Source: Candidatus Latescibacterota bacterium (GTDB lineage: Bacteria; Latescibacterota; UBA2968; UBA8231). Taken from it: 64,000 nt of DNA. Both the position numbers and the translations under genes were made by a program. Of this stretch, positions 28,941 to 38,348 are shown piece by piece. Below the pieces are notes generated by a model, which saw only the letters and a list, made by a program, of their open reading frames with translations, had not been told where the DNA came from and did not search any database. Location: contig OZ220089.1 of assembly GCA_964291625.2 (NCBI GenBank), forward strand, positions 3,808,001 through 3,872,000, read 5' to 3'. Each line of letters starts with the position of its first letter. Within the stretch, counting starts at the first letter, position 1.

Positions 28941-29326
28941 TGAGGTGCCGGCGAGCGATTGCGCGACCCATCGGTTGGCAGCTCGACCAACTGCGGCTGT
29001 TGAAGGACGGTTGGCTTGAAGGGGATGGCCTATCGCCACCCAGGTCAGGTCTCGATTGGCTGCAAGACGCCTTCGACCGGCACTTCCCCGACGAGGCTCC
29101 GTTGCCGCACCTCTACCCGACGGAGGCGGGAGGCGTCCAGGCCGAGTGGGCCATCGGCTCGATTGAGGTCAGCCTCGACCTGAACCTTGGTACCCATTCG
29201 GGTGAGTGGCACGCGCTCGGCACGGAAACCGGGGAGGTAGAGGAGCGGATACTCAACGGTGACGACAGCAGTGACTGGAAGTGGCTGTCGAGCCGGATCG
29301 AGGCCATGGTTGCGGGCGCAGGATGA
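28937..29326 (+). CDS. Hypothetical protein, probably a truncated C-terminal domain
   Basis: LDQLRLLKDGWLEGDG..PHLYPTEAGGVQAEW; protein-like composition but weak start. Confidence 0.45.
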   Translation: MMRCRRAIARPIGWQLDQLRLLKDGWLEGDGLSPPRSGLDWLQDAFDRHFPDEAPLPHLYPTEAGGVQAEWAIGSIEVSLDLNLGTHSGEWHALGTETGEVEERILNGDDSSDWKWLSSRIEAMVAGAG

Positions 29327-29356
29327 GACCGTGGTACCTCCCCAAGAAACACAGAA

Positions 29357-29388
29357 AGGGCCGGCACCCCTCGCGGGGCGCCGGCCCT
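29357..29388 (-). terminator. Intrinsic terminator of hsp20
   Basis: Minus strand AGGGCCGGCGCCCC-GCGA-GGGGTGCCGGCCCT followed by TTCTGTGTTTCTT, ~45 nt after the hsp20 stop. Confidence 0.7.
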
Positions 29389-29431
29389 CCTCTTGCCGCC
29401 TGCCTTCGGCGGCCGTTCAGCCCTCAGCCGG

Positions 29432-29875
29432 TCAGGCGCTGACCTTGACCTCGATCTGCTTCGGGCGGGCCTCCTCGGCCTTGGGCACGGTCACCTCCAG
29501 GACGCCGTCCTTGTAGGTGGCCGCCACCGCCTCGGTGTCGACCGCGGCGGGCAGGTCGAAGGTGCGGGTGAAGGTCCCGTAGGCGCGCTCCACCCGGTGC
29601 ACGTTCCCTTCCTTCGACTCGCTCTCGCGGTGGCGCCGGCCCTTGATCGTCAGGCGGTCGTCGGCCAGGGTGATGTCGAGATCCTCCCTGGCGATGCCGG
29701 GCAGGTCGGCGGTGAGGACGAAGTCGCGGTCCGTCTCGGCGATGTCCACCGAGGGACGCCAGACGGCCTCCCGGGGGGCCGCGCCGTGGTCGTTGCTCCA
29801 CAGACCGTCGAAGAGCCGGTCCATGTCCCGGCCGAAGCCGAAGAGCTCGCGGGGCTGCCAGCGAACGAGTGCCAT
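29432..29875 (-). CDS. Hsp20/alpha-crystallin small heat-shock protein
   Basis: WRPSVDIAET, ADLPGI, HRVERAYGTFTRTFDLP, ATYKDGVLEVTVPK; RBS AGGAGG. Confidence 0.95.
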   Translation of the reverse strand: MALVRWQPRELFGFGRDMDRLFDGLWSNDHGAAPREAVWRPSVDIAETDRDFVLTADLPGIAREDLDITLADDRLTIKGRRHRESESKEGNVHRVERAYGTFTRTFDLPAAVDTEAVAATYKDGVLEVTVPKAEEARPKQIEVKVSA

Positions 29876-29945
29876 TCTCTTTTCCTCCTGTCTTGGATCG
29901 GGCTTCCGTCCGATCTCGGTGTGTGTGGCTGTCGCCCGACCAGAT

Positions 29946-29961
29946 TGCAAAGGCCGTGCCA
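29946..29961 (-). promoter_or_regulatory. sigma54 (-24/-12) promoter for hsp20
   Basis: Minus strand TGGCACGGCCTTTGCA matches TGGCAC-N5-TTGCW, ~70 nt upstream of the ATG. Confidence 0.75.
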
Positions 29962-30085
29962 CCACGGCTCCTGGGGAGGCTTCGCCGCAACAGAAGCGAG
30001 AAACGCGCCGAAATGGCAGACAGGAGGGCGGGAGGCCAAAGATCGGCAGGCCCAAGACTGCCGATAAGACAGGATTCGCCGAGAG

Positions 30086-31156
30086 TCAGCCCGATGGTCC
30101 GGGATCCCCGAGGGACTGCCTCCGCCGCTGGTGGGCCAGCTCGCGCATGTCCACGGCGGTGTCGAACTCGTCGACGATCTCGGTGCCGAGGATCTCCTCG
30201 AGCACATCCTCAAGGGTGACCAGGCCGCCCAGGCTGCCGAACTCGTCGATCACCATGACCAGGTGCTGTCGCGACTCCAGCAGGCGGCGCAGCAGACGGC
30301 CGGCGGTCAGGCTGTCGGCGACGAAGTCCACGGGACGCATCAGCTCCTCCAGCGTGCGGTCCCATTCTCCCTCGGCCATGGCCGCGAGCAGGTCCTGCCG
30401 GTGCACGGTGCCCACCACGTCGTCGGCGCCGGCGTCGTACACGGGCACGCGCGTGTGGTTGAGGGACTGGGTCGAGTCCCGCACCTGACGCAGGGTCGAG
30501 GAGACGGCCAGCGAGGATACCACGGTCCGGGGGGTCATGATGTCCCGCACCGTCTTCTCCTTGAGGCCGAGGATGTTCTCGATGACGGCGGCCTCGTCGG
30601 CGTCGATGGCGCCCTCCTTGTGGCCGAGGCGGGCCATGACCAGCAGCTCCTCCTCCGAGACGCCGGGGGAGCCCTGGCCCCGGGCGATGAGCCGCGTGAC
30701 CTGCCCGGTGAGCCAGATCAGGGGCCGGAAGACCCACACCATGGCCAGCAGGGGGCGGGCGACCGGGCCCGCCAAGCCGCGGCAGTAGACGACGCCCGCC
30801 GTCTTTGGGATCACCTCGGAGAACAGGAGGATCGCCAGGGTGAAGGCGGCGGAGAACAGCCACAGGCGCTCCTGCGCGAGAGCGACGTCACCCAGCTTCT
30901 CGCCGAAGACGACTAGGTAGGCGGCGCCCGCCCAGGCCGCGCCCGCCGTGTTGGCGATCGTGTTCAGGGACAGGATGGCGGAGATGGGGCGGTCCACCCG
31001 CTCGCGCAGCGAGCGCAGGATGCGCCCGGTCCGCTGGCCGGACTCGGCCATGGCCTCCACGTGCCCGACGGGCACGGAGTAGAGGACCGCTTCGAAGAGC
31101 GAGCACATGGCCGAGAAGCCGACGGCCAGGGCCACGGCCAGAACCAGCTCCGTCAT
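30086..31156 (-). CDS. CNNM/CorB-type DUF21-CBS membrane protein (copy 1)
   Basis: SAMCSLFEAVLYS, ILSLNTIAN, FSEVIPK, IMTPRT, VIDEFGS.GLVTLEDVLEEILG.EIVDEFD. Confidence 0.9.
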   Translation of the reverse strand: MTELVLAVALAVGFSAMCSLFEAVLYSVPVGHVEAMAESGQRTGRILRSLRERVDRPISAILSLNTIANTAGAAWAGAAYLVVFGEKLGDVALAQERLWLFSAAFTLAILLFSEVIPKTAGVVYCRGLAGPVARPLLAMVWVFRPLIWLTGQVTRLIARGQGSPGVSEEELLVMARLGHKEGAIDADEAAVIENILGLKEKTVRDIMTPRTVVSSLAVSSTLRQVRDSTQSLNHTRVPVYDAGADDVVGTVHRQDLLAAMAEGEWDRTLEELMRPVDFVADSLTAGRLLRRLLESRQHLVMVIDEFGSLGGLVTLEDVLEEILGTEIVDEFDTAVDMRELAHQRRRQSLGDPGPSG

Positions 31157-32330
31157 GGAGAGCCTCCGGAAGGGGGATCCGCGGCGGCGGGATGGCCGGG
31201 CGCGGGGGTGCGGCTAGGATAGTCCAGGGGGAGGAGCGGTCACAATCGATCCGGCCCGAGGGACTGCCGCCGCCGCCGATGGGCCAGCTCGCGCATGTCC
31301 ACGGCGGGATCGAACTCGTCGACGATCTCGGTCCCGAGGATCTCCTCGAAGACGTCCTCGAGGGTGGCCAGACCCGCCAGGCTGCCGAACTCGTCGATCA
31401 CCATGACCAGGTGCTGGCGCGACTCCAGCAGGCGGCGCAGCAGCCGGTCGGCGGTCAAGGCGTCGGCGACGAAGTCCACGGGGCGCATCATCTCCTCGAG
31501 GGTGCGGTCCCACTGCCCCTCGGCCATGGCCGCGAGCAGGTCCTGGCGGTGCACGGTGCCCACCACGTCGTCGGCGTCGGCGTCGTACACGGGCACTCGC
31601 GCGTGGCCCAGGGACTGGGCCGAGTCGCGCACCTGCCCAAGGGTCGAGGACATGGCCAGGGAGAAGACCACCGTGCGCGGGGTCATGATGTCCCGCACCG
31701 CCTTCTCCTTGAGACCGAGGATATTCTCGATGAAGGCGGCCTCGTCGGCGTCGATGGCGCCCTCCTTGCGGCCGAGGCGGGCCAAGACCAGCAGCTCCTC
31801 CTCCGAGACGCCGGGGAAGCCCTGGTCCCGGGAGATGAGGCGCGTCACCTGCCCGGTGAGCCAGATCAGGGGCCGGAAGACCCACACCATCGCCAGCAGG
31901 GGGCGCGCCACGGGGCCCGCCAGTCCCCGGCAGTAGACGACGCCCGCGGTCTTGGGGATCACCTCGGAGAACAGCAGGATGGCCAGGGTGAAGAGGGTCG
32001 AGAAGAGCAGCAGGTGTTCCTCGCCGTAGAGGACCATGAAGACCGCGCCCGCCCAGGCCGCGCCCACCGTGTGGGCGATCGTGTTCAGGGACAGAATGGC
32101 GGCGATGGGGTGGTCCACCCGCTCGCGCAATGCGCGCAGGATCTGCCCCGTCCTCTTGCCGGCCTCGGCCATGGCCTCCACGTGCGCCATGGGCACGGCG
32201 TAGAGGACCGCTTCGAAGAGCGAGCACATGGACGAGAAACCGATGGCCAGGGAGATGGCCAGAACCAGCTCCGTCATGTCCGTCATGGAGAGCCTCCAGG
32301 AGGGGGGTCCGCGGCGGCGGGATGGCCGGA
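30118..32330. repeat. Tandem ~1.1-kb direct duplication (CNNM gene plus 5' leader)
   Basis: Long near-identical stretches; the leader CATGGAGAGCCTCC..GGGG..CCGCGGCGGCGGGATGGCCGG occurs at both ~31154 and ~32284. Confidence 0.85.
31240..32286 (-). CDS. CNNM/CorB-type DUF21-CBS membrane protein (copy 2)
   Basis: Near-identical paralogue of 30086-31156 with the same motifs. Confidence 0.9.
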   Translation of the reverse strand: MTDMTELVLAISLAIGFSSMCSLFEAVLYAVPMAHVEAMAEAGKRTGQILRALRERVDHPIAAILSLNTIAHTVGAAWAGAVFMVLYGEEHLLLFSTLFTLAILLFSEVIPKTAGVVYCRGLAGPVARPLLAMVWVFRPLIWLTGQVTRLISRDQGFPGVSEEELLVLARLGRKEGAIDADEAAFIENILGLKEKAVRDIMTPRTVVFSLAMSSTLGQVRDSAQSLGHARVPVYDADADDVVGTVHRQDLLAAMAEGQWDRTLEEMMRPVDFVADALTADRLLRRLLESRQHLVMVIDEFGSLAGLATLEDVFEEILGTEIVDEFDPAVDMRELAHRRRRQSLGPDRL

Positions 32331-32338
32331 CGCGGTGG

Positions 32339-33990
32339 TCATGATCGATTCAGCCCGAGGGCCGGGTCGGCGTGCACGAAGCGGCCATCCACCAGGGTCG
32401 CCAGGACCGGCAGGCCGGCCAGGTCCATGGGGTCCACGGCGAAGGGGTCCTCGCCCAGGACCACGAGATCGGCGAGCATGCCCGGGACCAGCGACCCGAG
32501 ACGGTCCTCCACCCCGCCGGCGAAGGCCGCCCCCCAGGTGAATCCGCGCACCGCCTCGGCCACCGTCAGCCTCTCCTGCGGCTGCCAGCCCCCGGCGCCG
32601 GGAGAGCCGTCCGCCCGGCGGCGGGTGGCGGCGGCGTGGACCCCGGCCAGCGGCGGGATCGGTTCCACCGGCGTGTCCGATCCGAAGGCCAGCACCGCGC
32701 CGGCCCGCCGCAGCGACTCGAAGGCGTAGGCCCACGGGGCCCGCTCCGGGCCCCAGAACCGGTCCACCATGGGGTAGTCGCTGGTGGCGTGGACCGGCTG
32801 CACCGACGCGATCACCCGCAGTTCGGCGAAACGGGGGGCGTCCTGCGGGTCGATGACCTGCACGTGCTCGATGCGGTGCCGCAGCCGCCTCCCGGAGCCC
32901 TCTTCCTCGGCCCGCGCCGCGGCCAGGGCGTCGAGGGCCTCGCGGTTGGCGCGGTCGCCGATGGCGTGGACGAAGCAGGCGAGGCCGTGGCGGCTGGCGC
33001 GGGTCACGGTCTCGCGCAGCTCCTCCGGCGCCATGAGGGGCATGCCGAGGTTGCCGGGCTCGTTCTCGTAGGGGGCCAGCATCCACGCCGTGCGCGGGCC
33101 GAGAGCGCCGTCGGCGAAGAGCTTGACGCCGCCGATCCACAGCATGTCGTCGCCGAAGCCGGAGCGCAGACCGGTGGCGATCGCCTCGTCGAGCCGGCTG
33201 GAGGGGATCGACTTGCAGACCCGGAGTCCCCGGTAGCCGCGCTCCCGCAGGATCTGCCAGGCCCGCAGGGCGCGGATGCCGTCGAGGTCGTGGACTCCGG
33301 TCAGGCCGCAGCGCCAGGCGGCGGGCAGGGCGGCGGCCATGGCGTCGGCCACCTGTTCCGCCGTCACCTCCGGCAGGCGGCCGGCCACCAGGCCGGAGGC
33401 CTCCTCGAGGAAGACCCCCGTGGGCTCGCCGGCCCCGTCGCGGACCACGGTGCCGCCGGCGGGGTCCGGGGTGCGGCGGGTCACGCCCGCGGCGTTCAGG
33501 GCCGCCGTGTTCGCCCACGAGGCGTGGCCGCTCTTGGCGGTCAGGAAGACGGGGTGATCCGGCGCGGCGCCGTCCAGGAGCCGGCGCGTGGGCCACTCGC
33601 CGGAGGCCCAGCGGTTGTGGTTCCAGCCGTGGCCGAGGATCCACTCGCCGGGCGGGGTGGCGGCGGGCCTCTCGCGCACGGCCGCCAGCACGTCCTCCAG
33701 CCGCGGCAGGTCGGCGTCGATGCGGGTCATGCCGAGGGCGAAGCCCTCGAAGTGGAGGTGGGCGTCCACCAGGCCCGGCAGACGCAGGCGCCCTCCAGGG
33801 CGATCCGGCGGGCGCCGGCGGGGGCGGCGGACAGGATCTCGTCGTCGGTGCCGGCGGCGGCGATGCGCCCGCCCCGGATCCACAGGGCCTCGGCCGGGGG
33901 CCGGCCCGCCTCCAGGGTGCGCACCCGGCCGCCGCTGAGGACGAGATCGGCGTCGTCGCCGGGGTCGTGCATCGGATCTCCGGTGGTCAT
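32339..33990 (-). CDS. Amidohydrolase 3 family (YtcJ-like); frameshift near 33780
   Basis: LVLSGGRVRT..GGRIAAAG in one frame; LPGLVDAHLH, KLFADGALG, HAIGDRA, HRIEH, QPVH, FGSDTPV, ADLVVL in the next. Confidence 0.88.
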
Positions 33991-34052
33991 GCCTATCTTA
34001 CGGCCGTGAAGCTCGCCGCCTCCGCCGACCAAATCAACCGATCGATCGCGCC

Positions 34053-35489
34053 GTGAGCGATACCCAGTCGCTGGCCACCCGCACCGTGCGCGGCCTGTTC
34101 TGGACCGGCAGCGCCTTCGCCCTCCAGATCGCCACCACCCTCGTCTTCTACCGGCTCCTCGGGGCCGAGCGCATGGGCGGCTTCGAGTGGGCCCTGCTGC
34201 TGGTGATGCTCGCCGCCCTGCTCTGCGACCTCGGCCTCGGCAGCGCCCTGGTGCAGGACCGCGAGGCCGGCGACGAGCACTTCGACGCCGCCTTCTGGAC
34301 CTGCCTGGCCTTCGGCTCGGCGGTGACGGCCCTGGTCCTGGTCCTGGCGCCGGCCCTGGCCTCCTGGCTGTCCCGGGCGGAGACGCGGGACTTCGAGCCG
34401 ATCCTGTCGCGACTGGTCCTGCTCGTCCCCTTCGCCTCGGTCTCCGGCGTCTTCCGGGCCCGCCTGCAGCGGGACCTGCGCTGGCGGGCCATGGCCGCCG
34501 CCGAGATCGCCGCCTCCTTCGCCCACGCCGCCCTCTCCTTCGCCCTCCTCGCCGCCGGCCTGGGGGTCATGAGCGTCGTCTACGGCGCCCTGGCGCGCGA
34601 GGTCGTCCTGCTCATCGGGCTCGCCGTGGCCGCCCGCTGGCTGCCGCGCCCGGCGATGCGGCCCCCGGCCCTGCGCCGCATCGCCGCCTTCGGCCTCAAC
34701 CTCACCGGCTCCCGCTGCCTGCAGTACCTCGGCAGCAACCTCCCGCGGCTGTTCATCTACCCCTTCCTCGGGGAGGCGGCCATGGGCCACTTCAGCTTCG
34801 CCTACCGCCTGACGCTGCTGCCGCTGGTGCGCCTGTCCACGGTGATCACGCGGGTGTTCTTCCCCACCTTCTCGGCGATCCAGACGGACACCGACCTGCT
34901 GAGCCGCGCCTACCTGCGCTCGGTGGGCGCCATGGCCCTGGGGTACTGGCCGGTCCTCGCCGGCCTCGCCCTGCTCGCCGAGCCGGTGGTCACCCTGACC
35001 CGGCCCGACATGGCCCCCGCCGTGTGGCCCCTGCGGCTGCTGGCCCTGGCCACCCTGGTCAAAGCCGCGGGCACCGGTGCGGGCTCGGTCTGGCTCGCAT
35101 GCGGCCGCGCGAACTGGGCCCTCTACTGGGCCCTGGCGAGCCTCGCCATCCTGGCCCCGGCCCTCCACGCGGCCATCGGCTACGGCGTCACCGGGGTCGG
35201 CGCCGCGATCCTGCTGACCTCCCTGTTGTTCCTGGCCATCTCCCAGCACCTGGCCAACCGGCTCCTGGAGATCGGCTTCGCCGACTACCTGGCGGTGCTC
35301 TGGCGGCCGGCCCTGGTGGCCGCGGCGGTGGCCCTGGCGCTGGGTGTGACCTCGCCGTGGCGGCCGGAGGCGCCGCTGGCGGCGTGCGCCGCGGGGGGGC
35401 TGGCGGCGGCACTCGGCGGTCTGGCGGGCCTGCGTCTCTTCGCCTGGGACGACTTGCGGGAGATGTGGCGCAGCGTCCGCGGCGGGTAG
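34053..35489 (+). CDS. Wzx/PST-family polysaccharide flippase
   Basis: [37 protein letters not shown]; ~12 TM segments. Confidence 0.85.
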   Translation: MSDTQSLATRTVRGLFWTGSAFALQIATTLVFYRLLGAERMGGFEWALLLVMLAALLCDLGLGSALVQDREAGDEHFDAAFWTCLAFGSAVTALVLVLAPALASWLSRAETRDFEPILSRLVLLVPFASVSGVFRARLQRDLRWRAMAAAEIAASFAHAALSFALLAAGLGVMSVVYGALAREVVLLIGLAVAARWLPRPAMRPPALRRIAAFGLNLTGSRCLQYLGSNLPRLFIYPFLGEAAMGHFSFAYRLTLLPLVRLSTVITRVFFPTFSAIQTDTDLLSRAYLRSVGAMALGYWPVLAGLALLAEPVVTLTRPDMAPAVWPLRLLALATLVKAAGTGAGSVWLACGRANWALYWALASLAILAPALHAAIGYGVTGVGAAILLTSLLFLAISQHLANRLLEIGFADYLAVLWRPALVAAAVALALGVTSPWRPEAPLAACAAGGLAAALGGLAGLRLFAWDDLREMWRSVRGG

Positions 35490-35589
35490 GCCCGGTCTTT
35501 CCATGATATGGCGGGGCCAGTACTTTTTCCCGCTGGAACTTCCTTCAGGCCGCTGCAGCGGCCGCCTTTCACCAGGAGCAGCAAGAGAG

Positions 35590-36495
35590 ATGGATCCCCA
35601 GAGCGGCAACGGCCAGGCCACCGGCACCCACCGCCTCAAGACCGGGTTGGCGGAGATGCTCAAGGGCGGCGTCATCATGGACGTCACCGACAAGGACCAG
35701 GCCCGGGTCGCCGAAGACGCGGGCGCGGTCTCGGTCATGGCCCTCGAGCGGGTGCCCGCCGACATCCGCAAGGAAGGCGGCGTGGCGCGCATGGCCAGCA
35801 TCGCCAAGATCCGCGAGATCATGGAGTCGGTGAGCATCCCGGTCATGGCCAAGTGCCGCATCGGCCACTTCGCCGAGGCCCAGATCCTGCAGGCCCTGGG
35901 GGTCGACTACATCGACGAGAGCGAGGTCCTGACCCCGGCCGACGAGCACTTCCACGTGGACAAGTTCGCCTTCCAGGTGCCCTTCGTCTGCGGCTGCCGC
36001 GACCTGGGCGAGGCCCTGCGCCGCATCGGCGAGGGCGCCGCCATGATCCGCACCAAGGGCGAGGCCGGCTCCGGCAACATCGTCGAGGCCGTGCGCCACA
36101 TGCGCGCCGTCATGGACGGCGTCCGGCGCCTCACCACCCTGGCCCCGGAGCAACTCATGACCGAGGCCAAGGAGCTGGGCGCGCCCTTCGACCTCGTGCG
36201 CCTCGTGGCCGAGACCGGCCAGGTGCCGGTGCCCAACTTCTCCGCCGGCGGCATCGCCACCCCCGCCGACGCCTCGCTGATGATGCAGCTCGGCGCCGAG
36301 TCGGTCTTCGTCGGCTCCGGGATCTTCAAGTCCACCGACCCGAAGAACCGGGCCGAGGCGATCGTCAAGGCGACGACCAACTACCAGGATCCCGATGTGC
36401 TCGTGCAGGTCTCCGAGCAGCTCGGAGAGGCGATGCCGGGGATCGAGATGGAGACCCTCGGCGAGGGCGAGAAGCTGCAGACGCGGGGCTGGTAG
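35590..36495 (+). CDS. pdxS: Pyridoxal 5'-phosphate synthase lyase subunit
   Basis: [64 protein letters not shown]-terminal RGW. Confidence 0.98.
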   Translation: MDPQSGNGQATGTHRLKTGLAEMLKGGVIMDVTDKDQARVAEDAGAVSVMALERVPADIRKEGGVARMASIAKIREIMESVSIPVMAKCRIGHFAEAQILQALGVDYIDESEVLTPADEHFHVDKFAFQVPFVCGCRDLGEALRRIGEGAAMIRTKGEAGSGNIVEAVRHMRAVMDGVRRLTTLAPEQLMTEAKELGAPFDLVRLVAETGQVPVPNFSAGGIATPADASLMMQLGAESVFVGSGIFKSTDPKNRAEAIVKATTNYQDPDVLVQVSEQLGEAMPGIEMETLGEGEKLQTRGW

Positions 36496-36522
36496 GCATC
36501 ACCGGAACCCGCGGCTGGATCG

Positions 36523-36556
36523 AGGAGGCGCCCCACTTCGGGGGCGTCTCCTTTTC
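36523..36556 (+). terminator. Hairpin/terminator between pdxS and pdxT
   Basis: AGGAGGCGCCCC-ACTTCG-GGGGCGTCTCCT then TTTCT. Confidence 0.6.
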
Positions 36557-36583
36557 TGTGCGCGAACCATGGGGAGAGGTGCG

Positions 36584-37192
36584 GTGAGCGGAGCGGGACC
36601 GGTGGTCGGCGTGCTGGCCCTGCAGGGCGACTTCGAGGCCCACGCGCGGGTCCTGCGCGGCCTCGGCGCCCGCTGCCCGGCGGTGCGCAAGGCAGGGCAG
36701 CTCGACGGCCTGGACGGCCTCGTCATCCCCGGGGGCGAGAGCACCACCCTCATCAAGCTGATGGACGCCTTCGATTTCTGGGAGCCCCTCGACGCCTTCA
36801 TCGCCTCGGGCCGCCCGGTCTTCGGCACCTGCGCCGGGGCGATCCTTCTGGCCTCGGAGGTCCTCAACCCGCGGCAGCGCAGCCTCGGCGCCATGGACAT
36901 CACCGTCGAGCGCAACAGCTACGGTCGCCAGCTGGACAGCTTCGAGGGGGCCGGCAGGTTCCGGCCGCGCCCAGGCGGCGAGACCGAGATCGAGATGGTC
37001 TTCATCCGCGCCCCCCGCATCACCCGGATGGGCGCCGGCGTCGAGGCGCTGGGCGAGTGCCGCGGCGACACGGTGGTGGCCCGCCAGGGGGGTCTGCTGG
37101 CGGCCACCTTCCACCCCGAGCTGAGCGCCGGGGCGCAGGTGCACCGCCTTTTCCTGGAGATGACGGCCGCGGCCGCCGCGGGCCGAAGCTAG
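36584..37192 (+). CDS. pdxT: PLP synthase glutaminase subunit
   Basis: GVLALQGDF, IPGGESTT, GTCAG, RNSYGRQ, FIRAP, TFHPEL. Confidence 0.97.
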   Translation: MSGAGPVVGVLALQGDFEAHARVLRGLGARCPAVRKAGQLDGLDGLVIPGGESTTLIKLMDAFDFWEPLDAFIASGRPVFGTCAGAILLASEVLNPRQRSLGAMDITVERNSYGRQLDSFEGAGRFRPRPGGETEIEMVFIRAPRITRMGAGVEALGECRGDTVVARQGGLLAATFHPELSAGAQVHRLFLEMTAAAAAGRS

Positions 37193-37737
37193 AAGCGCAG
37201 GCCCACCTTCGCCGTGAACCGGTTGATGCCGAGTGGCTCGTCGGCGAAGATGAAGTCGCGCTGGTACTGCAGGCCCAGGCTGAGGTTGTCGGTGAGCAGG
37301 ACCTCGGCGCCGACGCCGGGGGCGAGGCCGAAGCGGGTGTCGCCCTCGCCCGGAGCGTAGAGCTCGGCGTCGAGGCTGAGGTGGTAGTTGAAGGGCTCGT
37401 ACTCGAGGATGTTGCGCACGCCGACGCCGAAGAGGCTGGTCTCCTGGTCCTGGATGAAGGCGTAGCTGGCGTGCACGCCGAGCCAGTCCTCGGTGCGCCA
37501 GCCCACGTTCAGGCCGTACATCAGGTCGGTCTCAGCGTCGTCGTCGGACTCCACGATGGCGGCCCCCATGAAGGGGGCGACGGACCACGTCCCCGGGGTG
37601 CCCGCCAGCCGGTAGCCTCCCTTGCCGATCTCGCTGCCCTCGGGCCCGTCGGTGCGCCCCGGGGAGGCGTCCCCCGCGAAGGCGCCCGCCGTCCACAGGG
37701 TCACCGCTGCCGCTGCGGTCCAGGCTCTCATTCCCAC
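37189..37737 (-). CDS. Small outer-membrane beta-barrel protein
   Basis: Signal peptide, alternating beta strands, terminal VGLRF. Confidence 0.6.
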   Translation of the reverse strand: MGMRAWTAAAAVTLWTAGAFAGDASPGRTDGPEGSEIGKGGYRLAGTPGTWSVAPFMGAAIVESDDDAETDLMYGLNVGWRTEDWLGVHASYAFIQDQETSLFGVGVRNILEYEPFNYHLSLDAELYAPGEGDTRFGLAPGVGAEVLLTDNLSLGLQYQRDFIFADEPLGINRFTAKVGLRF

Positions 37738-37740
37738 CTC

Positions 37741-38343
37741 CTAGAAGCCGATGGCCCTCTTCTTGAAGGCCTTGGTGATCTCCTTGTGGTCGGTCCACAC
37801 GATCACGCTGGTCTCGATGTCGGTGAGCTCGAAGGTCGCCTTGTAGTAGACGACCTTGTCCTTGCCCACCTGCTGGATCGTCGAGGTGATCACCAGGCCG
37901 AGGAGGAACTCGGCGGCCTGCTGCCGGCCGGGGCCCTTGGCCTGGGACGGGTCGACGTACCCGGAGCCCTGGTACTCGTACTCCCTGGCGATCTCGCGGC
38001 GGGCCGCCTTGTCGAGGAAGGTGAACTCGCCGCTGTTGATCAGCGCCGTCTTCACGTGGTCGTACAGGGCCTGCAGGTCGATGTGCTCGGTGGTGCGGTT
38101 CCTCGGCGTCTCGAGGATGATCGTGGGATCGCCGTCGAGGGCGTCGCGCTCCTTCCAGCTCTGCAGGGAGGTGACGATCTTCCTGGCCACCAGCTGCATG
38201 TCGTTCTGGTTCCAGTCGTCGTCGAGCATGACGATCTCTTCGGGGTCGGTGTAGGTCCCCTGGGTGAAAGCCCGGGGTCCCGCGCAGGCCGACAGTCCGG
38301 CCGCGGCCAGGGCCGCGGCGCACGTCATCGCGATTCCATTCAT
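37741..38343 (-). CDS. lpoB: Penicillin-binding protein activator LpoB-like lipoprotein
   Basis: Lipobox LSAC, RNRTTEHID, ALINSGEF, YYKATFELTDIETSVIVW. Confidence 0.78.
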   Translation of the reverse strand: MNGIAMTCAAALAAAGLSACAGPRAFTQGTYTDPEEIVMLDDDWNQNDMQLVARKIVTSLQSWKERDALDGDPTIILETPRNRTTEHIDLQALYDHVKTALINSGEFTFLDKAARREIAREYEYQGSGYVDPSQAKGPGRQQAAEFLLGLVITSTIQQVGKDKVVYYKATFELTDIETSVIVWTDHKEITKAFKKRAIGF

Positions 38344-38348
38344 GCCTT

